Source: Mobula hypostoma
Taxonomy: Eukaryota
Direction: 5' to 3'
DNA length: 64,000 nucleotides
Assembly: GCF_963921235.1 (NCBI RefSeq)
Contig: NC_086097.1
Location: 122,700,001-122,764,000, forward strand
Both the position numbers and the translations under genes were made by a program. Positions 38,979-48,137 of this stretch are shown in pieces. The number at the start of each line of letters is the position of its first letter. Within the stretch, counting starts at the first letter, position 1. The notes under the pieces are model-generated. The model worked only from the letters and a program-made list of their open reading frames with translations, was not told the DNA's origin and ran no database searches.

Positions 38979-40370
38979 ACACTCTGTGGCCAATTTATTA
39001 GGTACCTCCTGTTTCTATGAGTATATGTTCATTGTCTTCTGCTGCTGTAGCTCATCCACTTCAAGGTTCGAATGTATTGTGCATTCAGAGATGATCTTCT
39101 GCACACCACTATTGTAATGTAAGGATATTTGAGTTATTGACCCTTTCCTGTCAGCTTGAACCAGCCTGTCTGTTCTCCTTTGACTGCTTTCATTGACAAG
39201 GCATTTTTGCCCAAAAAACTGCAGCTCAATGGATTTTTTGCTGTTGTTTTTCATGCCATTTTCTGTAGACTCCAAAAACTGTTTGGATTAAAAACCCAGG
39301 AAATCAACTGTTTGGATTAAAAACCCAGGAGATTTTGAGTTTCAGAAATACTCAAACCACCCCGTTGACCATTCACCAACAGAACTAGGTTAGGAAATTC
39401 GCTGCACAACTTGTAATTAATTGAAGCTCACACTTTATTGTCTCTGCACAAACAACAAAGTAACTATGTTGACCCCAGGCCAACAACTTAGAACAGGAAT
39501 TCTACTGTTTCCTCCGTAGCAATACTCACTCAGACCACTTTTCCAATTTACAACACCGAAATAGGGGATCTCCGTTGGCCAGATGAACAATCCTTTCTTC
39601 TATCAGCCCCTGGCATGGAGAGTCTTCCTTGTGATGATGGGTCTCTTGATAGAGTTATCGCTGTCCACTTTTAAATTCATTTCTTACCAATTCAAATATT
39701 TCATTTCAGTGTCATTGACTGTAGGTCATCTGATAGATATTTAACACCTTTTTATTGGCTCTGCTCCAGGCCAGCATCCATTTATTACCCTCTTTCCATC
39801 AAGTGACAATCGGTAATTTATGGCTCTTTGTTCTCTTCAGCAACCAGCTCAACTTGCTCCAGGCAGTCACCAACCCCAATATTCACAAACCTGCTTGTTA
39901 TATTATATCAAAGAACACCTCACAAGTAACTTCTTTGGAAATGATCTCCAGTCCCACAGGTTACCTGAAGCATCATTGTGTCTACTTTAAAACACAGTAA
40001 GTGAAGCAACTTCATCTCACAAAATGGAGGACGTAAAACAGTTCCACAAAATGGCAGCCTGCATCGCCAAACACATGGCAGGAACAGAAACAATTGATCC
40101 GTCTGCTTCCACTGTCCTTGATCCAATTGAGTTTGACATTTTCTTCCATATTTTAAATCCACCATGGTCAACAACCCCATCTGGCACTAACAATCACTCC
40201 ATGGTCAAAGTCACTTATATCACATTTCTGCCCCAATCTGATATTTGGTATGAACAACAATTGAACCTCTTGATTGCCTCTGCATGCTTTCTTGCTGCCA
40301 CATGATTGGCTGATTAGATTGCTCATTAATGAGCAGGAGTACAGGTGTACTGATAAAGTGGCCACTGAAT
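38979..40370 (-). mobile_element. Non-autonomous Tc1-like element with both TIRs, containing an LTR-like insertion
   Basis: tacactctgtggccaatttattaggtac at left and gtactgataaagtggccactgaat at right. The terminal gta is displaced to 45239 by the CR1 insertion. Confidence 0.8.
39364..40173 (-). mobile_element. Solo-LTR-like insertion, ~810 bp
   Basis: Inverted ends GTTGACCAT...ATGGTCAACA. ACCC(C) is duplicated at 39359-39363 and 40174-40178. Removing it restores the Tc1 sequence caaaccaccccatctggcac. AATAAA on minus near 39435. Confidence 0.7.
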
Positions 40371-40466
40371 AGAAACATAGAAACATAGAAAATAGGTGCA
40401 GGAGTAGGCCATTCGGCCCTTCGAGCCTGCACCGCCATTTATTATGATCATGGCTGATCATCCAAC

Positions 40467-43466
40467 TCAGAACCCAGCCTTCCCTCCATACCCCGTGACC
40501 CCTGTAGCCACAAGGGCCATATCTAACTTCCTTTTAAACATAGCTAATGAACTGGCCTCAACAGTTTGCTGTGGCAGAGAATTCCACAGATTCACCACTC
40601 TCTGTGTGAAGAAGTTTTTCCTAACCTCGGTCCTAAAAGGCTTCCCCTCTATCCTCAAACTGTGACCCCTCGTTCTAGACCTCCCCAACATCGGGAACAA
40701 TCTTCCCGCATCTAGCCTGTCCAATCCCTTTAGGATCTTATACGTTTCAATCAGATCCCCCCTCAATCTTCTAAATTCCAACGAGTACAAGCCCAGTTCA
40801 TCCAGTCTTTCTTCATATGAAAGACCTGCCATCCCAGGAATCAATCTGGTGAACCTTCTTTGTACTCCCTCTATGGCAAGGATGTCTTTCCTCAGATTAG
40901 GGGACCAAAACTGCACACAATACTCCAGGTGTGGTCTCACCAAGGCCTTGTACAACTGCAGTAGTACCTCCCTGCTCCTGTACTCGAATCCTCTCGCTAT
41001 AAATGCCAGCATACCGTTCGCCTTTTTCACCGCCTGCTGTACCTGCATGCCCACTTTCAATGACTGGTGTATAATGACACCCAGGTCTCGTTGCACCTCC
41101 CCTTTTCCTAATCGGCCACCATTCAGATAATAATCTGTTTTCCTATTTTTGCCACCAAAGTGGATAACTTCACATTTATCCACATTAAATTGCATCTGCC
41201 ATGAGTTTGCCCACTCACCCAACCTATCCAAGTCACCCTGCATCCTCTTAGCATCCTCCTCACTGCTAACACTGCCACCCAGCTTCGTGTCATCCACAAA
41301 CTTGGAGATGCTGCATTTAATTCCCTCATCCAAGTCATTAATATATATTGTAAACAACTGGGGTCCCAGCACTGAGCCTTGCGGTACCCCACTAGTCACC
41401 GCCTGCCATTCTGAAAAGGTCCCGTTTATTCCCACTCTTTGCTTCCTGTCTGCTAACCAATTCTCCACCCACACCAATACCTTACCCCCAATACCATGTG
41501 CTTTAAGTTTGCACACTAATCTCCTGTGTGGGACCTTGTCAAAAGCCTTTTGAAAATCCAAATATACCACATCCACTGGTTCTCCCCTATCCACTCTACT
41601 AGTTACATCCTCAAAAAATTCTATGAGATTCGTCAGACATGATTTTCCTTTCACAAATCCATGCTGACTTTGTCCGATCATTTCACCGCTTTCCAAATGT
41701 GCTGTTATCACATCCTTGATAACTGACTCCAGCAGTTTCCCCACCACCGACGTTAGGCTAACCGGCCTATAATTCCCCGGTTTCTCTCTCCCTCCTTCTT
41801 TAAAAAGTGGGGTTACATTAGCCACCCTCCAATCCTCAGGAACTAGTCCAGAATCTAACGAGTTTTGAAAAATTATCACTAATGCATCCACTATTTCTTG
41901 GGCCACTTCCTTAAGCACTCTGGGATGCAGACCATCTGGCCCTGGGGATTTATCTGCCTTCAATCCCTTCAATTTACCTAACACCACTTCCCTACTAACA
42001 TGTATTTCGCTCAGTTCCTCCATCTCACTGGACCCTCTGTCCCTTACTATTTCTGGAAGATTATTTATGTCCTCCTTAGTGAAGACAGAACCAAAGTAAT
42101 TATTCAATTGGTCTGCCATGTCCTTGCTCCCCATAATCAATTCACCTGTTTCTGTTTGCAGGGGACCTACATTTGTCTTTATCAGTCTTTTCCTTTTTAC
42201 ATATCTATAAAAGCTTTTACAGTCCGTTTTTATGTTCTCTGCCAGTTTTCTCTCATAATCTTTTTTCCCCTTCCTAATTAAGCCCTTTGTCCTCCTCTGC
42301 TGAACTCTGAATTTCTCCCAGTCCTCAGGTGAGCCACTTTCTCTGGCTAATTTGTATGCTACTTCTTTGGAATTGATACTATCCCTAATTTCTCTTGTCA
42401 GCCACGGGTGCACTACCTTCCTTGATTTATTCTTTTGCCAAACTGGGATGAACAATTGTTGTAGTTCATCCATGCAACCTTTAAATGCCTGCCATTGCAT
42501 ATCCACCGTCAATCCTTGAAGTGTCATTTGCCAGTCTATCTTAGCTAATTCATGTCTCATACCTTCAAAGTTACCCCTCTTTAAGTTCAGAACCTTTGTT
42601 TCTGAATTAACTACGTCACTCTCCATGTTAATGAAGAATTCCACCATATTATGGTCACTCTTACCCAAGGGGCCTCTCACGACAAGATCGCTAATTAACC
42701 CTTCCTCATTGCTCAAAACCCAGTCCAGAATAGCCTGCTCTCTAGTCGGTTCCTCGACATGTTGGTTCAAAAAACCATCCCGCATACATTCCAAGAAATC
42801 CTCTTCCTCAGCACCTTTACCAATTTGGTTCACCCAGTCTACATGTAGATTGAAGTCACCCATTATAACTGCTGTTCCTTTATTGCACACATTTCTAATT
42901 TCCTGTTTAATACCATCTCCGACCTCACTACTACTGTTAGGTGGCCTGTACACAACTCCCAGCAGCGTCTTCTGCCCCTTAGTGTTACGCAGCTCTACCC
43001 ATATCGATTCCACATCTTCCCGGCTTATGTCCTTCCTTTCTATTGCGTTAATCTCTTTTTTAACCAGCAACGCCACCCCACCTCCCCTTCCTTCGTGTCT
43101 ATCCCTCCTGAATATTGAATATCCCTGAACGTTGAGCTCCCATCCCTGGTCACCCTGGAGCCATGTCTCTGTGATCCCAACTATATCATAATCATTAATA
43201 ACAATCTGCACTTTCAATTCATCCACCTTATTACGAATGCTCCTTGCATTGACACATAAAGCCTTCAGGCGCTCTTTTACAACTCTCTTAGCCCTTTTTA
43301 ATGCTTGCCCTGGATTTGTCGGCCTGCCACTTTTACTTTTCCCCTTTGTACTTTTTGCTTCTACGCTCACTTTACACTCCTCTGTCTCTCTGCACTGGTT
43401 CCCATCCCTCTGTTGTGAACTAACCTCCTCACACCTAGCCGCTTTAATTTGATTCCCACCCCCCAA
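40467..43466 (-). CDS. CR1 ORF2p: APE endonuclease plus reverse transcriptase (999 codons open; no AUG before the endonuclease)
   Basis: NARSI, GITETW, YRPP, GDFN, SDH; NYRPVSLT, QHGF, DFQKAFD, VPQGSVLGP, FVDD. Confidence 0.96.
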   Translation of the reverse strand: MGGGNQIKAARCEEVSSQQRDGNQCRETEECKVSVEAKSTKGKSKSGRPTNPGQALKRAKRVVKERLKALCVNARSIRNKVDELKVQIVINDYDIVGITETWLQGDQGWELNVQGYSIFRRDRHEGRGGGVALLVKKEINAIERKDISREDVESIWVELRNTKGQKTLLGVVYRPPNSSSEVGDGIKQEIRNVCNKGTAVIMGDFNLHVDWVNQIGKGAEEEDFLECMRDGFLNQHVEEPTREQAILDWVLSNEEGLISDLVVRGPLGKSDHNMVEFFINMESDVVNSETKVLNLKRGNFEGMRHELAKIDWQMTLQGLTVDMQWQAFKGCMDELQQLFIPVWQKNKSRKVVHPWLTREIRDSINSKEVAYKLARESGSPEDWEKFRVQQRRTKGLIRKGKKDYERKLAENIKTDCKSFYRYVKRKRLIKTNVGPLQTETGELIMGSKDMADQLNNYFGSVFTKEDINNLPEIVRDRGSSEMEELSEIHVSREVVLGKLKGLKADKSPGPDGLHPRVLKEVAQEIVDALVIIFQNSLDSGLVPEDWRVANVTPLFKEGGREKPGNYRPVSLTSVVGKLLESVIKDVITAHLESGEMIGQSQHGFVKGKSCLTNLIEFFEDVTSRVDRGEPVDVVYLDFQKAFDKVPHRRLVCKLKAHGIGGKVLVWVENWLADRKQRVGINGTFSEWQAVTSGVPQGSVLGPQLFTIYINDLDEGIKCSISKFVDDTKLGGSVSSEEDAKRMQGDLDRLGEWANSWQMQFNVDKCEVIHFGGKNRKTDYYLNGGRLGKGEVQRDLGVIIHQSLKVGMQVQQAVKKANGMLAFIARGFEYRSREVLLQLYKALVRPHLEYCVQFWSPNLRKDILAIEGVQRRFTRLIPGMAGLSYEERLDELGLYSLEFRRLRGDLIETYKILKGLDRLDAGRLFPMLGRSRTRGHSLRIEGKPFRTEVRKNFFTQRVVNLWNSLPQQTVEASSLAMFKRKLDMALVATGVTGYGGKAGF

Positions 43467-43471
43467 CCATT

Positions 43472-44407
43472 CTAGTTTAAAGTCACCTCAGTAGCCCCCG
43501 CTAATCTCCCTGCCAGGATATTGGTCCCCCTAGGATTTAAGTGTAACCCATCCTTTTTGTACAGGTCACACCTACGCCAAAAGAGGTCCCAATGATCCAA
43601 AAACTTGAATCCCTGCCCCCTGCTCCAATCCCTCAGCCACGCATTTATCCTCCACCTCATCGCATTCCTACTCTCACTGTCGCGTGGCACAGGCAGTAAT
43701 CCCGAGATTACTACCTTTGCGGTCCTTTTTCTCAACTCCCTTCCTAGCTCCCTATATTCTTCTTTCAGGACCTCATCCCTTTTCCTACCTATGTCATTGG
43801 TACCTATATGTACCAGGACCTCTGGCTCTTCACCCTCCCACTTCAGGATATCTTGGACACGATCAGAAATATCCCGGACCCTGGCACCAGGGAGGCAAAC
43901 TACCATCCGAGTCTCTGGACTGCGTCCACAGAATCGCCTATCTGACCCCCTTACTATCGAGTCCCCTATCACAACTGCCCTCCTCTTCCTTGCCCTACCC
44001 TTCTGAGCTACAGGGCCAGACTCTGTGCCGGAGGCAGGGCCACTGTCGCTTCCCCCGGGTAAGCTGTCCCCCCCAACAGTACTCAAACAGGAGTACCTGT
44101 TGTTAAGGGGCACAGCCGCCGGGGTACTCCTCATCACCTGCCTTTTCCCCTTCCCTCTCCTAACCGTGACCCACTTGTCTGCCTCCCGTGGCCCCGGCGT
44201 GACCACCTGCCTTCCACTCCTCTCTATCACCTCCTCGCTCTCCCTGACCAGACGAAGGTCATCGAGCTGCAGCTCCAGTTCCGTAACGCGGTCCCTTAGG
44301 AGCTGCATCTCGATGCACTTGGCGCAGATGTAGACGTCCGGGAGGCTTGGAGACTCCAGGGCCTCCCACATCCGACACCGAGAACAGCAAACTGCCCTCA
44401 CAGTCAT
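43472..44407 (-). CDS. CR1 ORF1p: zinc-finger/leucine-zipper plus SGNH esterase-like domain (311 aa from first ATG)
   Basis: CCSRC..CAKC, LRDRVTELELQLDDL, VVIGDSIV, CLPGARV, VHIGTND, DGLHLN. Confidence 0.93.
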   Translation of the reverse strand: MTVRAVCCSRCRMWEALESPSLPDVYICAKCIEMQLLRDRVTELELQLDDLRLVRESEEVIERSGRQVVTPGPREADKWVTVRRGKGKRQVMRSTPAAVPLNNRYSCLSTVGGDSLPGGSDSGPASGTESGPVAQKGRARKRRAVVIGDSIVRGSDRRFCGRSPETRMVVCLPGARVRDISDRVQDILKWEGEEPEVLVHIGTNDIGRKRDEVLKEEYRELGRELRKRTAKVVISGLLPVPRDSESRNAMRWRINAWLRDWSRGQGFKFLDHWDLFWRRCDLYKKDGLHLNPRGTNILAGRLAGATEVTLN

Positions 44408-44569
44408 AATGCCCCTCTCCTCAAATAGCAACAGAAAATGAATGTCAAACCTTCCTCGCCTCGCCCGCTTCCGCCTAAGCCCGTTGAGCCGAAGCCCTTA
44501 AGTCTTCACTCTGCTCCCGGCTCACTCCGCCGCCCGCAAACTACGCTGCCCGCTCTATGAGGCTTTGTT

Positions 44570-45238
44570 CCTTTTAAATCTGCCGCGCTGCACTGCCCGA
44601 CGTCACACGCCTGCGCAGTCCCGCCTCTCAGAAAGCCGTTGGAGAAAAAAAAATAACGAAAATTTCAAAAATCTCTTTCTCGGCACTCCCACTCAGACTC
44701 TCAGACTCCTTCTTCGAATCAAATCCGAAGCAGGATGTCTGCCCTTTTAAATCTGCCGCGCTGCACTGCCCGACGTCACACGCCTGCGCAGTCCCGCCTC
44801 TCAGAAAGCCGTTGGAGAAAAAAAAATAACGAAAATTTCAAAAATCTCTTTCTCGGCACTCCCACTCAGACTCTCAGACTCCTTCTTCGAATCAAATCCG
44901 AAGCAGGATGTCTGCCCTTTTAAATCTGCCGCGCTGCACTGCCCGACGTCACACGCCTGCGCAGTCCCGCCTCTCAGAAAGCCGTTGGAGAAAAAAAAAT
45001 AACGAAAATTTCAAAAATCTCTTTCTCGGCACTCCCACTCAGACTCTCAGACTCCTTCTTCGAATCAAATCCGAAGCAGGATGTCTGCCCTTTTAAATCT
45101 GCCGCGCTGCACTGCCCGACGTCACACGCCTGCGCAGTCCCGCCTCTCAGAAAGCCGTTGGAGAAAAAAAAATAACGAAAATTTCAAAAATCTCTTTCTC
45201 GGCACTCCCACTCAGACTCTCAGACTCCTTCTTCGAAT
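44570..45238 (-). repeat. 173-bp tandem monomers (~3.9 identical copies) forming the CR1 5' end
   Basis: CCTTTTAAATCTGCCGCG recurs at 44570, 44743, 44916 and 45089. Confidence 0.97.
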
Positions 45239-45276
45239 GTAAGTAGTGTAGCAGAATCAAAAATCAGAAGTGTGTG

Positions 45277-45415
45277 TTAGTCCTGAAGAAGGGTTTTGCA
45301 CCAAAACATCAACTGTTTATTTCTCTCCATAGATGCTGCCTGACCTGCTGAGCCCTTCCAGCACTTTGTGCGTGTTGCTCTGGATAACCAGCATCTGCAG
45401 ACTTTCTGATGTTTA
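45277..45415 (+). mobile_element. Short Penelope-derived repeat with degenerate hammerhead (others at 50270-50640 minus, 56570-56740 minus, 60609-60710 plus, 62475-62575 minus)
   Basis: AGTCCTGAAGAAGGGTTTTGCACCAAAACATCAACTG...gatgctgcctgacctgctgag...cagcatctgcag. Confidence 0.75.
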
Positions 45416-45675
45416 AAAGTGTGAGGATGGTTTAATTTATGCTGTGTCCTGAAAATCATATTAATCCAATGATATATCATTGATGAAAGCAAATTAGAGA
45501 GAAGAAGCTACTCTTCATGCTGGATTTTAATATATTAATCGAGAACATGTTGTTTGATGCATCTGACAGATCTTTATTCATTCTCTGGATGTAGATATTG
45601 CTGCTGAGATCAGAATCTATTGTATATCACCAATTGTCCCAAAGTTGAGGGTTATTTTCAGAGGATATTAAAGGG

Positions 45676-47047
45676 CACTGGACAGCATTTTTTTTTTCAA
45701 AAGTGTTGCTTCCTCAGTTTCTGCTTATGATACACTGCTTGAAGCTGAACACAAATGAAATTTCATGCTACATGTATCATGTAGGAATTTGGAGAAACAG
45801 GAAATTAACATTTATTGAATATAATGCATTTAATTGCTCAACAGTGCTGATGCTTTGCAATAGTTCAACTAAGCTAAAAATGTTTTGTTGATGATTTTCA
45901 TTTGTACTCAGTGTCTGCGGCTTCTCACTTAACTGTCCACAATAATCAGCTAAAATTTATGGATTCCAGTTGCCCTGATACCATTTCTCCATGACTGCAA
46001 TGTTCTGGAGAAATCTTTCACCATGCTCATCAGGGAAGTGGTCTAAATGGGAATGCAGAATATAAATCCTTAGTGACATGTTGCACTTCATGGTTTTGTA
46101 TGCTTGAAGCATGTTGTCAACCGGCTGCATGTAGTTTGGTGCTCTGTAGTTGCCAAGAAAATTTTCAACAAAATCCTTGAATGCCTTCCAAGCCATTTCT
46201 CCTGTCATTAATAACCCGTTTGATTTGTGGACCATCAAAAATGCCTTCCTTAATCTTGGCATCAGTTATTCTGGGAAACATATGTCTCAAACATCGAAGT
46301 CCTTCAAGGAAATTTTTTGTGCTTGGTGAAAGCAGATTCCATCCTTGCACTCTTGAACCCAGTAATTCTGCTTTTGCCTTGGACAAACCCAAGTCTCTGA
46401 CCAGGTTATTTAACACAGATTGAGTTATCAGATGAGGCTCACTCGACAGAAAGGATTCAAAATCTGTATGGTATCAGTGTCGTTTACTATTCTTCGTGCA
46501 TGTTGCGCAACAAATGTCAAAAGTCCAGGCTTTGGCTTGTTTGCCAATTTTACACCCAAAGTAGAGCTTATAGGCTTTCTTAACAAGAAGAGTCATGCTC
46601 CGTCTTCGAGATTGAAGCATATGCTCTCCACAAATATAACAGAATGTATCACGGCTGTTGCAACATTTGGGTGATACAATTACTTTACTATAATAAGTAC
46701 ACACAATATGCTATGCGCATAGAGCAATGCATCAATGCGATCACAAACCAATATACATAGAAACACAATGCTTAGAACAGTGTGTGTTTTATGCTTTTAT
46801 AGCTATTTTGAAATCTGTCCTGTCATGGAGCATCCACCTAGACATGCCCGGACAAGGTAGAAAATTTTTCAGCTTACATTGTGGGCAACATTTAATTGAC
46901 ATGAATTTTGAATGAAAATAACAATTATAGGCAATTTCAAAAAAGTGATACATGATAGAGAAACTTGATGGTGATTTTTATGATCAGCGTTCAAAAACCC
47001 ATAACTTACACACAGTACTCAGGAAGCAAAATCTTTGTTGTCAAGTA
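45676..47047 (-). mobile_element. Internally deleted Chapaev-like (Chapaev3-type, CMC) DNA transposon
   Basis: Imperfect TIRs CACTGGACAGCA and TGTTGTCAAGTA. Transposase pieces DTFCYICGE..KAYKLYFG, LVRDLGLSKAKAELLGSR, AKIKEGIFDGPQI, NFLGN, HSHLDHFP-DEHGERF. Superfamily assigned from recalled motifs. Confidence 0.72.
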
Positions 47048-47806
47048 GAATCAACTGTATGCCTGAGGGACTGGAGTTATGATTAATAGGGTTAGGACAA
47101 TAAACTTTATTGCCTAAAGGTCAGAATCAAAATCAAGTTTATTGTCACTGACATACTTTGTGTAATCTGTTGTTAAGGGGCAGCAGCACAATGCAATGCG
47201 AAAAAAATACCATAAGTTACAGTAAGAAATATAAAACAGATACAAATTTTGAAAACCAACAGCAAAAAGTGAGGTGACGTTCATGGGTTCGTTTTCTTTT
47301 CAGGAATCAGATGGCGGAGGAGAAGAAGCTGATCCTAAAACATTGAAAATGTGTCTTCAGGCTCCTGTACCTCCTCCCTAAAAGGAACAATGAAAAGAGG
47401 GCACATCCTTGATAGTGATGGTCCTTAATGATGGATGGCACTTTCTAGAGGCATCGCCTTTTGAAGATGTCCTTGATAGTGGGGACGGCAGTGCCCATGA
47501 TGGAGAAGGCTGAGTTTACATCCCTCTGCAGCTTTTTCCAATCCTGTGCTTTGGCCTGTCTATACCAAACATTGATGGTACCATGATCTTCATGGTACTT
47601 GTGTAGAAACTTGTGAGAGTCTTTGGTGACATACCAAATCTCCACAAACTCCTAATGAAATATAACAATGGTGTGCCTTCTTCTAAGTGAACCCGTAATC
47701 TGGCAGGCACCTGGTAACTGGTGCAAAAATTATTTAATAAATTGAATTTAATATCTGCATCTGCCCTGAAGGAACTTGGCTGTACCTCAGTCTCACCCAT
47801 CTAAGG

Positions 47807-48137
47807 CAGTGGTCCCCAACCTCCAGGCCACGAAGCATGCAGGGGTGCAGTGGTAGCTGGGACGGACCCAGCACATCTTTAAGAAAAAAGCCGAGATAAA
47901 CAAGCTAATTAATTAGGTGCCACCCGGCACATAAATGTCAGCCCAGATCAGAGGCGATTGCCAATTGCGTAGAGCAAGTGAAATTGCAATTGCCTCTGAT
48001 CTGGGCCGACATTTACGTGCCGGGCGGCACCAAATTAACTAACTTGTTGAAGCCTTTTTTCTTAAAGATGTGCTGGGTGCGTCCCGGATACCACTGCACG
48101 CCTGCATGCTTCGCGGCCCGGAGGTTGGGGACCACTG
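47807..48137. mobile_element. hAT (Charlie-like) palindromic MITE
   Basis: CAGTGGTCCCCAACCTCC...GGAGGTTGGGGACCACTG; 8-bp TSD ATCTAAGG/ATCTAGGG; arms complementary over ~155 bp. Confidence 0.9.

Larger units (their letters stand above)
40369..45238 (-). mobile_element. Full-length CR1 LINE with open ORF1 and ORF2
   Basis: CpG-rich 5' UTR with tandem monomers, ORF1, ORF2, 3' UTR ggccgaatggcc hairpin and (TTTCTATG)n tail. GAAT at both junctions (short TSD or microhomology). Confidence 0.97.

Noticed and set aside
39277..39331. Tandem duplication AACTGTTTGGATTAAAAACCCAGGA x2
   Set aside because: A simple local duplication inside a decayed Tc1 element, with no functional signal.
40849..44333. 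Plus-strand ORFs overlapping the CR1 ORFs
   Set aside because: Antisense shadows of ORF1/ORF2; their recurrence at 57557-58989 only reflects copy identity.
44565..45096. Three identical ~62-aa ORFs
   Set aside because: They are antisense readings of the 173-bp CR1 5' UTR monomers.
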